A program made the position numbers and the translations under genes. From positions 18,866 through 82,865 of the forward strand of contig MNEL01000027.1 in NCBI GenBank assembly GCA_001917665.1: a stretch of 64,000 nt of DNA. The letters are read 5' to 3'. Shown in pieces: positions 30,621 to 39,718 of the stretch (position 1 is its first letter; each line of letters starts with the position of its first letter). A model generated the notes under the pieces. That model made no database searches, was not told the origin of the DNA, and saw only the letters and a program-made list of their open reading frames with translations. This DNA comes from Gemmatimonadetes bacterium 13_1_40CM_69_22. Lineage in GTDB: Bacteria; Gemmatimonadota; Gemmatimonadetes; Gemmatimonadales; GWC2-71-9.

Positions 30621-30668
30621 CTTCAACAAATCCACGTGCACAATGTGCAGAATGCACATCCTGCACGT
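30621..30668 (-). terminator. Candidate intrinsic terminator or stable stem-loop after the PurE-like gene
   Basis: Minus-strand RNA: UGA-ACGUGCA-GG-AUGUGCA-UUC-UGCACAU-UG-UGCACGU-GGAUUUGUUGAAG. It forms nested 7+7-bp inverted repeats followed by a U-rich stretch. The region is locally AT-richer than its surroundings. Confidence 0.4.
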
Positions 30669-31063
30669 CACACCTGGAGAATGCGGATCGCGAGCAGGGC
30701 CGCGTTCTTGACGTTGTCGATCCCCACCGTCGCCACCGGGACGCCGCTTGGCAGCTGCGCGGTGGCGAGCAGGGCGTCGAGCCCGTTCAAGGGCCCGGCG
30801 GCGAACGGCACGCCGATGACGGGCAGGTCGGTGAGCGACGCGGCGAACCCGGGCAGCGCGGCCGAGAGCCCCGCGCCGGCGATCAGCACCTTGAAGCCTT
30901 TCTTACGGGCGGCCTTCACGAGCTCGGCCGTCTGCTCGGGCTGGCGGTGGGCAGAGGACACGTGAAACTCGTACGAAACGCCCGCCTTGTTCAGTACCTC
31001 GAAGGCGGGCTCGATCTTGGGCTTGTCGCTCTCGGAGCCGACGAGAATGAGCACGTCGGGCAT
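30668..31063 (-). CDS. Short PurE-like (AIR carboxylase/mutase fold) protein
   Basis: 131 aa: LILVGSESDKP...SSAHRQP...LIAGAGLSAALPG..A..T..PVIGVP. It aligns with PurE but ends where the PurE C-terminal helix would begin, and it has AAL in place of the AHL of class I PurE. The ATG shares 1 nt with the mqnC stop (TGATG). Confidence 0.7.
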   Translation of the reverse strand: MPDVLILVGSESDKPKIEPAFEVLNKAGVSYEFHVSSAHRQPEQTAELVKAARKKGFKVLIAGAGLSAALPGFAASLTDLPVIGVPFAAGPLNGLDALLATAQLPSGVPVATVGIDNVKNAALLAIRILQV

Positions 31064-32106
31064 CAGGCGGCTTCGTCGATGACGCTGTAGTCCTGACGGC
31101 GCTGGCGCGGCACGTAGCCGCCATCGGCGATCAGGCGCTGCATCTCCGGCAGCGTCATCCGCCACGTCGTGCCCGCCGCCGAGACGACGTTCTCCTCCAT
31201 CATGAGGGAGCCGAAGTCGTTCGCGCCGAACCGCAAGGCGACCTGCCCGATCTTCGGGCCCATCGTCACCCAGGAGGCCTGGATGTTCGGCACATTGTCG
31301 AGCACGATACGCGCGATCGCCTGCGTGCGCAGGTAGGTGACCGCGTCCGTCTTCGGGAGGTGGGCGAGCTCGGTGTGCTCTGGCTGCAGCGGCCAGCAGA
31401 TGAACGCCGTGAAGCCGCCGGTGCGCGCCTGGACCTGGTGCACGCGGAACAAGTGCTCGATGCGGTCGGCCGTCGTCTCGCCCAGGCCGTACATCATCGT
31501 GACCGACGTCTTCAGGCCCAGCCGGTGCGCCGTCTCCATCACCTCGAGCCAGCGGTCGGCCCCGGCCTTCTTCTTCGCGACGCGGTCGCGGACCTCCTGC
31601 ACCAGGATCTCGCCCCCGCCGCCCGGGACCGAGTCGAGGCCCGCCGCGACGAGCTCGCGGATCACCTCCTCGAGCGTCATCCCGAAGCGCCCCGCGAAGA
31701 AATCGATCTCCGACGGCGAAAAGCCATGGATATGAATCGGGTGATGCCGCTTGATGTAGCGCATCAGGTCCAGGTACCACTGGAACGGGATGTACGGGTT
31801 GTGTCCCCCCTGGATCAGGATCTGGACCCCGCCCAACGCCCGGAGCTCGTCGATCTTTCTGCCGATTTGCTCGAACGAGAGCACATAGCCTTCGTCGTGC
31901 TTGGGGCGCCGGTAGAACGCGCAGAACTTGCAGTCCGCGACGCACACGTTCGTGTAGTTGATGTTCCGGTCGATGATGTAGGTGACGACGTTCTCCGGGT
32001 GCAGCTTCCACCGGGCCGCGTCCGCGAGCGCGCCGAGCTCGAGCAACGAGGCGCGGTCGTACAGCTCGAGCGCGGAGCGGAATTCGGGCGCAGAGCGGTC
32101 CACCAT
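31063..32106 (-). CDS. mqnC: Radical SAM futalosine-pathway enzyme, most like cyclic dehypoxanthine futalosine synthase
   Basis: Start taken at MVDRSAPEF. Motifs: IIDRNINYTNVCVADCKFCAFYR (CxxxCxxC), ILIQGGHNP, HIHGFSPSEI. The MqnC versus MqnE assignment is from motif memory only. Confidence 0.7.
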   Translation of the reverse strand: MVDRSAPEFRSALELYDRASLLELGALADAARWKLHPENVVTYIIDRNINYTNVCVADCKFCAFYRRPKHDEGYVLSFEQIGRKIDELRALGGVQILIQGGHNPYIPFQWYLDLMRYIKRHHPIHIHGFSPSEIDFFAGRFGMTLEEVIRELVAAGLDSVPGGGGEILVQEVRDRVAKKKAGADRWLEVMETAHRLGLKTSVTMMYGLGETTADRIEHLFRVHQVQARTGGFTAFICWPLQPEHTELAHLPKTDAVTYLRTQAIARIVLDNVPNIQASWVTMGPKIGQVALRFGANDFGSLMMEENVVSAAGTTWRMTLPEMQRLIADGGYVPRQRRQDYSVIDEAA

Positions 32107-32108
32107 GG

Positions 32109-32930
32109 TCACGCTACCTGCAAGAACTGGAGCGACCCGTCGGGCACCAGCCCGCGGGCGGCGAGCCGGCGGAAGAAGTCCGTCAGCCCCGCGAGGTGCT
32201 TGTAGCCGAGGGCGTAGTCGAGACCGGCGAAGTAGCTGCGGCACTCCGCGACGGCGACGCCCGTGGCGCGCGACGCTGCCTCAGCGAGCACGTCGAGGTG
32301 CCTGAGCCCCCAGTCTCGCGACGCGAGCAGCGCCTCATGGACCCCGTACACCGCGTCGCGCGCTGCCGCGCGGCGGGCCGCCCACACCGCGAACACGAAC
32401 GGCAGGCCGGTCCAGCGCCGCCACTCCTCCCCCAGGTCATAGCGGTGCGCGTAGGTGTGCCGTGCCGAGAGCAGCAACGCCGGATCCCCGATCACGAGCA
32501 CCGCGTCGTGCGGCAGTCCCGCGAGGTCATCGAGGTCCGCAGCCTCGGCCCGCGCCTGCGCGAAGCGCGGCTGCACCTGCCAGACGTCCCGGCACAACAG
32601 CTCGAGCAGCAGCACCGACGTGCGCGACGACGCCGTGAGCAGCACCGTCGCTTGATCCAGCTCCTGCGCCGGTCGCTTGGAGAAGAGGGCGACGCTCCGC
32701 ACCGGCCCGTCGCAGGAGATGGCGAGGTCGGGGAGGAGGATGTAGTGCCGCGCCTGGCGGGCGTATTCGACGGCGCTCACCACGCTCACATCCAGCTCCC
32801 CCGCCGCGAGCAGGTCGTTGAGCTCGGACGGCGTCCCGGTCACGAGTTCGGCCGCGAGCGGCACGAGCCCCCGGTCGATCGCCCCGTAGACCGGGTAGCA
32901 GTTGATGTAGCCGATGCGGCCGACTCTCAT
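32109..32930 (-). CDS. mqnA: Chorismate dehydratase (futalosine pathway)
   Basis: MRVGRIGYINCYPVY...TPSELN..L..GELDVS.VS..EY...: periplasmic-binding-protein-like fold typical of MqnA. 273 aa. Confidence 0.85.
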   Translation of the reverse strand: MRVGRIGYINCYPVYGAIDRGLVPLAAELVTGTPSELNDLLAAGELDVSVVSAVEYARQARHYILLPDLAISCDGPVRSVALFSKRPAQELDQATVLLTASSRTSVLLLELLCRDVWQVQPRFAQARAEAADLDDLAGLPHDAVLVIGDPALLLSARHTYAHRYDLGEEWRRWTGLPFVFAVWAARRAAARDAVYGVHEALLASRDWGLRHLDVLAEAASRATGVAVAECRSYFAGLDYALGYKHLAGLTDFFRRLAARGLVPDGSLQFLQVA

Positions 32931-34207
32931 TCGGCGCCATCCACTGCAGAGAGCACCGGCAGCTCGCGCTGACCCCGGGCGCGAGCCCGGGGACGATGCG
33001 AGATCTGGAAGGTCGGTCCCTCCGGGCCCTGCGGCCTGACACCGGGAACCCCGGGGACCCCGGGCTTGCGCCCGGGGTCAGTGGATGCCCAGTCCTTGAA
33101 GGTGCGTACCGTCCGGTACAGCGAGTCGCGCTCGACCGGCTGCTTCCCCGCCCCGCGGATGAGGGAGACGACCTGATCGTAGCCGAGCCACATCGGCGTA
33201 CCGGCGCCGGCCTCGTGGTAGACCCGCTCGAAGACGACGGTGCCCTCGAGGTCGTCGCACCCGAAGGTGAGGGCCACCTGAGAGATGAACGGCGTCACCA
33301 TCGGCCAGTGGGTCTTGACGTGCGGGATGTTGTCGAGCACGAGCCGCCCCACGGCAATGTTCTTCAAGTCGTCGCAGCCGGTGGTGGCCGTGCCGGTTCT
33401 GCCCAGAGCCTCCCCCAGCTCGTTGTGGTCCGGGTGGTACGCCAGGGGGATGTAGGTGAGGAACCCGCTGGTCTCGTCCTGGAGCGCCCGCAGCGCGAGC
33501 AGGTGGTCCACGCGGTCCGCCATCGTCTCCACGTGGCCGTACAGCATGGTGCAGTTCGAGGGAATGCCCAGCCGGTGCGCCTCGCGATGGACGGCGAGCC
33601 ACTCCTCGCCGGACAGTTTCTTGTCCGCTATGGTGGCGCGCGCCGCAGGACTGAACACTTCCGCGCCGCCCCCCGGGAGACTGGTGACTCCGGCGTCCCG
33701 CAGCGCGATCAGGACGTCGCGCACGCTCATCCGCTCGAGGCGTGCGAGGTGCGCGACCTCGACGGCGGTAAGCGCCTTGATGTGGACGCCCGGGTGCCGC
33801 GCCTGCAAGCCGCGGAACATGTCGAGATAGTATGCCAGGCGCAGCTTCGGGTGCAGCCCGCCCACGATGTGGAATTCCCGGGTCGGGTTGTCGCGCGCGG
33901 CGTCCGCTTCGGCGAACACCTCCTCGAGGCTCCGCGTGTACGCCCCAGCTTCCTGCGGCATGCGTGCGAACGAGCAGAACACGCAGGTGTTCCGCAGCAC
34001 GCACACATTCGTGGGGTTGATGTGCTGGTTCGCGGCGAAGTAGACGCGGTCACCGTTGGCCCGACGGTTGGCGACATCGGCGAGCCGGCCGATCGTCAGA
34101 AGGTCCGACGAGTTGAAGAGCACGAGCGCGTCATCGCGCGTGAGGCGCTCGTTGCGCGAGACTTTCTCGCCAATCGGTCCGAGGGCGGGGTCGGTGATCA
34201 ATGGCAT
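32927..34207 (-). CDS. mqnE: Radical SAM futalosine-pathway enzyme, most like aminodeoxyfutalosine synthase; Pro/Gly-rich C-terminal tail
   Basis: Start taken at MPLITDPALG (TGATG junction with the fabF stop). Motifs: NQHINPTNVCVLRNTCVFCSF, FHIVGGLHP, HIKALTAVE. The last ~55 aa (..GRKPGVPGVPGVRPQGPEGP..) are low complexity. Confidence 0.7.
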   Translation of the reverse strand: MPLITDPALGPIGEKVSRNERLTRDDALVLFNSSDLLTIGRLADVANRRANGDRVYFAANQHINPTNVCVLRNTCVFCSFARMPQEAGAYTRSLEEVFAEADAARDNPTREFHIVGGLHPKLRLAYYLDMFRGLQARHPGVHIKALTAVEVAHLARLERMSVRDVLIALRDAGVTSLPGGGAEVFSPAARATIADKKLSGEEWLAVHREAHRLGIPSNCTMLYGHVETMADRVDHLLALRALQDETSGFLTYIPLAYHPDHNELGEALGRTGTATTGCDDLKNIAVGRLVLDNIPHVKTHWPMVTPFISQVALTFGCDDLEGTVVFERVYHEAGAGTPMWLGYDQVVSLIRGAGKQPVERDSLYRTVRTFKDWASTDPGRKPGVPGVPGVRPQGPEGPTFQISHRPRARARGQRELPVLSAVDGAE

Positions 34208-35451
34208 CACGCCGCGCGCTTGATCGCCAGCGTCACGTTGTGCCCGCCGAAGCCGAAGGAGTTCGAGAGCGCGACGGTCACTGGCCGCTTGACGGCCTTG
34301 TTCGGTGCCGAGTCGAGGTCGCAGGCGGGGTCGGGGGTGAACTGGTTGATCGTGGGCGGAATGACCCCCGTCTGGAGGACGAGCGCGCACACCGCCGCCT
34401 CGAGCGCGCCGGCGGCGCCGAGTAGGTGGCCGGTCATCGACTTGGTCGAGCCGAATACCAGTGTGCGCGCCTGCGCGCCGAACACCGCCTTGACCGCCGC
34501 CGTCTCGGCGGCGTCGCCGTGGGGCGTCGAGGTACCATGGGCGTTGATGTAGCCGATCTGTTCCGGCGTCACGCCGGCATCCTGCATCGCGAGCCGCATC
34601 GCCTCCTGCGCGCCAGAGCCGTCCGGCGCGGGGGCGGTGATGTGGTAGGCGTCGGCGGTCATACCGTAGCCCGCGACCTCCGCGTAGATCTTCGCGCCGC
34701 GGCGGCGCGCGTGCTCCCACTCCTCCAGGATGAGGACGGCGGCGCCGTCGCCCATCACGAAGCCGTCGCGGTCCTTGTCGAAGGGGCGGCTCGCCGTCCG
34801 CGGGTCGTCGTTGCGCTCGGAGAGCGCCTTCATGTTGGCGAAGCTCGCCACCGCGAGGGGGGTGATCGCCGCCTCCGCTCCACCCGCGATCATCAGGTCG
34901 GCGGCGTCGTGGCGGATCAGCTCGAGCGCGTCGCCCACGCTGTGGGCGGACGACGCGCACGCGGATACGGTGCAGTAGTTCGGGCCCTTGGCACCGTACC
35001 GCATGGAGATGAGCGCCGCCGCCACGTTCGGCATGTACATGGGCACGAAGAACGGCGACACCCGGCTCGGCCCCTTCTCAAACAACGCACGGCAGTTCTC
35101 CTCGAAGGTCTGGAGCCCGCCGGTCCCCGTGCCGATCAGGACACCCACGCGCTTCAGGTCCACCGCGCTCCAGTCGCTCGCGAGGCAGGCGTCGGTCACG
35201 GCTTGCTCCGCCGCGCCGATCGCGTACTGGGCGAACAGATCGTAGCGGCGGATCTCCTTTTTTTCGAGGTATTGGGCGGGGTCAAACCCCTTCACCTCGC
35301 ACGCGAACTTCACGGGGCTCTGCACCGGGTCGAACCGCGTGATGGGCCCCGCCCCTGAGCGGCCCGCCAGCAGGCCTTCCCACGTGCTCGAGACGTTCGT
35401 CCCCAACGGCGTCACCAACCCGAGACCCGTGATCGCGACCCGGCGGGCCAT
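34207..35451 (-). CDS. fabF: 3-oxoacyl-ACP synthase II
   Basis: 414 aa: VAITGLGLVTPLG...SACASSAHS...NAHGTSTP.GD...NSFGFGGHN. Confidence 0.95.
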   Translation of the reverse strand: MARRVAITGLGLVTPLGTNVSSTWEGLLAGRSGAGPITRFDPVQSPVKFACEVKGFDPAQYLEKKEIRRYDLFAQYAIGAAEQAVTDACLASDWSAVDLKRVGVLIGTGTGGLQTFEENCRALFEKGPSRVSPFFVPMYMPNVAAALISMRYGAKGPNYCTVSACASSAHSVGDALELIRHDAADLMIAGGAEAAITPLAVASFANMKALSERNDDPRTASRPFDKDRDGFVMGDGAAVLILEEWEHARRRGAKIYAEVAGYGMTADAYHITAPAPDGSGAQEAMRLAMQDAGVTPEQIGYINAHGTSTPHGDAAETAAVKAVFGAQARTLVFGSTKSMTGHLLGAAGALEAAVCALVLQTGVIPPTINQFTPDPACDLDSAPNKAVKRPVTVALSNSFGFGGHNVTLAIKRAA

Positions 35452-35454
35452 CCG

Positions 35455-35706
35455 CTACTTCCCCATCTTCTCGTGCAGGTACTGCAGCGCCTGCCCCACG
35501 GTGCGCAGTTTCTCAGCTTCCTCGTCCGGGATGTCGATGTCGAACTCCTTCTCGAAGGCCATGACCAGCTCGACGGTGTCGAGACTGTCCGCCCCCAAGT
35601 CCTCCATGAAGCTCGCGTCGGACGTGAGCTTGTCGCGCTCGACCCCCAGCTCTTCGACGATGATGTCTTTGACCTTCTCTTCGAGCTGCTTCATGTCCAT
35701 TGCCAT
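35455..35706 (-). CDS. acpP: Acyl carrier protein
   Basis: Start taken at [22 protein letters not shown]. The motif [19 protein letters not shown] contains the phosphopantetheine Ser. Confidence 0.95.
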   Translation of the reverse strand: MAMDMKQLEEKVKDIIVEELGVERDKLTSDASFMEDLGADSLDTVELVMAFEKEFDIDIPDEEAEKLRTVGQALQYLHEKMGK

Positions 35707-35737
35707 GGGTGTCCTCAATGGAGGTGTGGGAAATGGG

Positions 35738-36478
35738 TCACAGCACCATCCCGCCGTCGACGACCAGCAGCTGCCCCGTAATGTAGCTGGCGAAGTCGGA
35801 GGCGAGAAAGAGCACGGCGGCGGCCACATCCTGCCCCTGTCCCAGCCGGCCCAGCGGGATCGCCTTGATCAGGCTATCTCGCGCCTCGCGGCTGATCCCC
35901 CGAGTGAGCTCGGTGTCGATGAACCCCGGCGCCACTGCGTTCACCAGCACGTTGCGCGAGGCGAGCTCCTTGGACACGGACTTCGTGAACCCGATGAGGC
36001 CGGCCTTCGACGCTGTGTAGTTCGTCTGGCCCTTGTTGCCGGAGATCCCGACGATGCTCGTAATGTTGATGATCCGGCCCCACCGCCGCTTGATCATGCC
36101 CCGGGCGGCGTGCTTGGTGACCAGGAACGCGCCCTTCAGGTTGGTGTCGAGCACCGTGTTCCAGTCGGCTTCGCTGATCCGGAACAACAGGTTGTCGCGC
36201 GTCGTGCCCGCGTTGTTGACGAGCACGTCGATCCGGTGGAAATCCTGCTCGACCGTCGCGACCGCCCGCTCGACCTGTCCGGCCTCGGCGACGTTGCAGG
36301 AGTAGCCGCGCCCCCGCCCATCGCCGAGCGACTGGGCCGCCTCCTGCGCCTTCGCCCCGTCGCGGGCCAGCACCGCCACCCGCGCGCCCGCGCCGGCGAG
36401 GGCCTGGGCGATGGCGTAGCCGATGCCGCGGCTTCCCCCCGTTACCAGGGCGACCTTGCCGGCCAGGTCGATCTTCAT
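35738..36478 (-). CDS. fabG: 3-oxoacyl-ACP reductase
   Basis: Start taken at [20 protein letters not shown]. Motifs: NNAG...YTASKAG...LVVDGGMVL. 246 aa. Confidence 0.95.
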   Translation of the reverse strand: MKIDLAGKVALVTGGSRGIGYAIAQALAGAGARVAVLARDGAKAQEAAQSLGDGRGRGYSCNVAEAGQVERAVATVEQDFHRIDVLVNNAGTTRDNLLFRISEADWNTVLDTNLKGAFLVTKHAARGMIKRRWGRIINITSIVGISGNKGQTNYTASKAGLIGFTKSVSKELASRNVLVNAVAPGFIDTELTRGISREARDSLIKAIPLGRLGQGQDVAAAVLFLASDFASYITGQLLVVDGGMVL

Positions 36479-36491
36479 CCCCCCGCTGCCC

Positions 36492-36598
36492 CGAATGCGG
36501 AATGCGGAATGCGGAATGCGGAGTGTACGTGGGAGCGTCGGGAGGCGAGCGAACTTTCCCAGCAATTCCGCATTCCGCACTCCGCATTCCGCATTGCG
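36492..36598. repeat. Heptamer-built inverted-repeat element, copy 1 (fabD/fabG intercistronic)
   Basis: Left arm CGAATGCGGAATGCGGAATGCGGAATGCGGAGTG (36492-36525). Right arm ATTCCGCATTCCGCACTCCGCATTCCGCAT (36565-36594). The arms are about 30 nt and complementary, with ~2 mismatches and a ~40-nt loop. The right arm is identical to 58970-58999. Confidence 0.9.
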
Positions 36599-37540
36599 TC
36601 AGGCCGCCTCTAGGAAGCGGGCGACCTCATCGGCAGTCCCCAGCGAGACCGTGTTCGCCCCCGGCACCGTCCGCTTCAGCAGCCCCGCCAGCACGTTGCC
36701 CGGTCCGATCTCCAGGAAGCACGCGTCGCTGCCGGCCAGTTCGGCCGCACGCTGCATACACGCGACCCAGTGCACCGGTGTGGTCAACTGGTCGGCCAGC
36801 AGGCGGCGCGCCCGGTTGGCGTCACGCACGGGCTCGGCCGTGGCGTTGGCGATCACCGGAAAGCGCGGGTCGCGGAAGGGCGCTCGCTCGAGCGCGACGC
36901 GCAGCTGATTCGCCGCCGGGCCCATGAGGGAGGAATGAAACGCGCCGCTCACCTTCAGAGGGATCACCCGCTTCGCACCGCGCGCCTTGCAGGCCGCGCT
37001 CGCTCGCGCCACGGCCTCCGGGTCGCCCGAGATGACCGTTTGGTCCGGTGCATTCAGGTTCGCCGCCACGGCGACCGCACCACCCACGGACGCTTCGCGG
37101 CAGGCAGCCTCGACTTCCGCCGTCGCGAGCCCCAGCACCGCCGCCATGGTGCCCGGCCGCTCACTGCCCGCCTGATGCATGAGCTCCCCGCGGCGGCGGA
37201 CCAACGTGGCCGCGTCGGTCGCCGTCAGCGCCCCGGCCGTCACATATGCGGAGTATTCGCCCAGGGAGTGGCCGGCGGCGGCGGCGGCGCCGTCCGCCCG
37301 GGGCGCGATGACCGCGAACACCGCTGCGCTGTGGGCGAGGATGGCGGGCTGGGCGTTGTGGGTCGCCGTGAGCTCCTCTTCCGGTCCCTCGAACATCAAC
37401 CGGCTGAGGCCGAATGCGAGCGCCTGGTCGATCGCCTGAAACGTGTCCCGGGCCGCCGGGAACCGCTCGGCCAGGTCCTTGCCCATCCCGACTTTTTGAG
37501 CGCCCTGCCCCGGGCAGAGCCACACAGTGGCAGCTACCAC
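36599..37540 (-). CDS. fabD: Malonyl-CoA:ACP transacylase
   Basis: WLCPGQGAQKVGMG...AGHSLGEYSA...GAFHS. Start taken at GTG 37540, overlapping the fabH stop (GTGGTAG). An alternative GTG lies 15 nt downstream. Confidence 0.9.
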   Translation of the reverse strand: MVAATVWLCPGQGAQKVGMGKDLAERFPAARDTFQAIDQALAFGLSRLMFEGPEEELTATHNAQPAILAHSAAVFAVIAPRADGAAAAAGHSLGEYSAYVTAGALTATDAATLVRRRGELMHQAGSERPGTMAAVLGLATAEVEAACREASVGGAVAVAANLNAPDQTVISGDPEAVARASAACKARGAKRVIPLKVSGAFHSSLMGPAANQLRVALERAPFRDPRFPVIANATAEPVRDANRARRLLADQLTTPVHWVACMQRAAELAGSDACFLEIGPGNVLAGLLKRTVPGANTVSLGTADEVARFLEAA

Positions 37541-38520
37541 TGCACCACCATGCTCGCCCACGTGAAACCAGCGCCGAAGGCGCAGAACATCACCTTCATG
37601 CCCGGTTGGATCCGACCGCACCGCACGGCCTCATCGAGCGCGATCGCGACCGAGGCGGCCGACGTGTTGCCGAAGCGGTCCACGTTCACGTACACCTTGT
37701 CCATCGGCAGGCCCGCGTGCTTCGCGGTGGCTTCGATGATCCGGATGTTCGCCTGGTGGGGGATGAGCAGGTCGATGTCGGCGGCCGTAAGGCCGGCGCG
37801 CGCGAGCGCCTTGTCGCAGGCGTCCGCCATCGAGAGCACGGCGGCCTTGAACACCTCGCGACCCGCCATCTTGATGTAGTAGGAGTGGTCCTTGAGCAGC
37901 GCCTCGTCCGGCGGGTGTGCGGCGCCGCCGCCCGGCCGGTACAACAGCTCGGCGAGCGTACCGTCGGACTTCATGTAGCTCGACAAGATGCCGCGGCCCG
38001 TGGTGCTGCGGCGCACGATGGTGGCCCCCGCCCCATCGCCGAACAGCACCGCGGTCGTCCGGTCGGTCCAGTCCATGATGCTCGTGAGCTTCTCGGATGC
38101 CACCACCAGCACGCGCTGCGCCTGCTCTGTGGCGACGAGGCCTTCGGCCACGTTCAGCGCGTACAGGAAGCCGGTGCACGCCGCGCCCACGTCGAAGGCG
38201 ACGGCGTCCTTCGCCCCCAGGATCGCCTGCAGGTCGCACGCCTGGGAGGGGAGCAGCCGGTCAGGGGAGCAGGTGGCGACGACGACCGCGCCCACGTCCA
38301 ACGGAGTCAGCCGCGTCTCCCGCAAAACCTGCTCGGCGGCGGCCTTGGCCATACAGGCGTTCGACTCGTCGGGCCCGGCCACGCGACGCTCGCGGATCCC
38401 CGTGCGCTCCCGGATCCACTGGTCCGACGTGTCGAGGATCTTCGAGAACTCGTCGTTGGTCAGCACGCGCTTCGGCGTGTAGCTCCCCGTGCCCCAGAGC
38501 TCCGCGATCGGTCGCTTCAC
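37534..38520 (-). CDS. fabH: 3-oxoacyl-ACP synthase III
   Basis: 328 aa: ...GAACTGFLYAL...IPHQANIRI...GNTSAASV...AFGAGFTW. Confidence 0.95.
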   Translation of the reverse strand: MKRPIAELWGTGSYTPKRVLTNDEFSKILDTSDQWIRERTGIRERRVAGPDESNACMAKAAAEQVLRETRLTPLDVGAVVVATCSPDRLLPSQACDLQAILGAKDAVAFDVGAACTGFLYALNVAEGLVATEQAQRVLVVASEKLTSIMDWTDRTTAVLFGDGAGATIVRRSTTGRGILSSYMKSDGTLAELLYRPGGGAAHPPDEALLKDHSYYIKMAGREVFKAAVLSMADACDKALARAGLTAADIDLLIPHQANIRIIEATAKHAGLPMDKVYVNVDRFGNTSAASVAIALDEAVRCGRIQPGMKVMFCAFGAGFTWASMVVQW

Positions 38521-39524
38521 CGGATGGCGCCTCCTTCCGCGAACTCCGCGCCGATGTCCTGATCGAGATGACTCGCGACCATCTGGGCGGCGACTCGCAC
38601 CGCGTTCATGATGGCTCGCGCGGGGGAGGCCCCGTGGCAGATGATGGCCACACCCTTCACGCCCAGCAGCGGCGCGCCGCCATACTCGGAGTAGTCGAGG
38701 AACTTGAACAGCTGCTTGACCTCGGGACGGCCCAGCACGTCGGGGAGTGCTTGCTTCAGCATTCCGGCGAACATGCGGCCGGCGGACTCATAGAACTTGA
38801 GGATCGCATTGCCGACGAAACCGTCGCACACCACGACGTCGATCTCGCCGCCCTTGCCCCGGCCCGCCAGGATGTCGCGCCCTTCCACGTTCCCGACGTA
38901 GCGGATCCCGGGAGTCTGCTTCAGGAGCTGGTGCGCTTCCTTGACGACGGCATTCCCCTTCTCGTCCTCTTCCCCGACGTTGAGGAGCCCGACACCGGCG
39001 CTCGACCGCCCCATCACGTCCCGGGCGTACACCGAGCCCAGGTGCGCGAAGCCCACGAGCTCGCGCGCGTCGCAGTCCACGTTCGCCCCGCCGTCGATGA
39101 CGAGCACCGGCCGGCCCGCGGTCGGGAACGGCGTGCCGATCGCCGCGCGCGCCACGCCCTCGTGCACGCGCAGCATCAGGGTCGCGGCGGCCATGACGGC
39201 CCCGGTGTTGCCGGCGGAGATGAACGCGTCGGACTGACCCTTCTGCTGCAGGCCGAGCCCGACCGCGATGGAGGAGCGGCGCTTGCTCTTGATCGCGGCC
39301 AGCGGCTTTTCGCCCATCCCCACCACCTCCGGAGCCTCGACGACCTCGAGCCGCCCGCGGTCGACATCGCCGTGGGGCTTGAGGGCCGCCTCGATATCCG
39401 CCGTGCGCCCCACGAGCTGCATGCGGAACGTGGGCGGCAGCTCGCGCAGCGCCTGCACGACCCCTTCGACCTCCACCCGCGGGGCCTCGTCGCCCCCCAT
39501 CGCATCCAGCGCGATGCGGATCAC
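38517..39524 (-). CDS. plsX: Phosphate acyltransferase
   Basis: MIRIALDAMGGDEAP...SAGNTGA...GFVGNA.LK. It sits directly downstream of rpmF, as is usual. Confidence 0.95.
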   Translation of the reverse strand: MIRIALDAMGGDEAPRVEVEGVVQALRELPPTFRMQLVGRTADIEAALKPHGDVDRGRLEVVEAPEVVGMGEKPLAAIKSKRRSSIAVGLGLQQKGQSDAFISAGNTGAVMAAATLMLRVHEGVARAAIGTPFPTAGRPVLVIDGGANVDCDARELVGFAHLGSVYARDVMGRSSAGVGLLNVGEEDEKGNAVVKEAHQLLKQTPGIRYVGNVEGRDILAGRGKGGEIDVVVCDGFVGNAILKFYESAGRMFAGMLKQALPDVLGRPEVKQLFKFLDYSEYGGAPLLGVKGVAIICHGASPARAIMNAVRVAAQMVASHLDQDIGAEFAEGGAIR

Positions 39525-39525
39525 G

Positions 39526-39705
39526 TCAATCCTCGACCGCCACCCGCTGCTCCCCGCGGTAGTAGCCGCAGGTCGGGCAGACCCGGTGCGGCCGCTTCAG
39601 GTCGCCACACCGCGGGCACGGCTGGAGCGTGATGTGCGCCGCCTTGTAATGGGTGCGGCGAGCGCGCTTCTTCCGCTTGGACGTTCTGCGTTTCGGTACG
39701 GCCAT
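39526..39705 (-). CDS. rpmF: 50S ribosomal protein L32
   Basis: Start taken at MAVPKRRTSKRKKRARR...CPRCG...CPTCGYY. 59 aa. Confidence 0.95.
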   Translation of the reverse strand: MAVPKRRTSKRKKRARRTHYKAAHITLQPCPRCGDLKRPHRVCPTCGYYRGEQRVAVED

Positions 39706-39718
39706 AGAGTTGTCCTTG

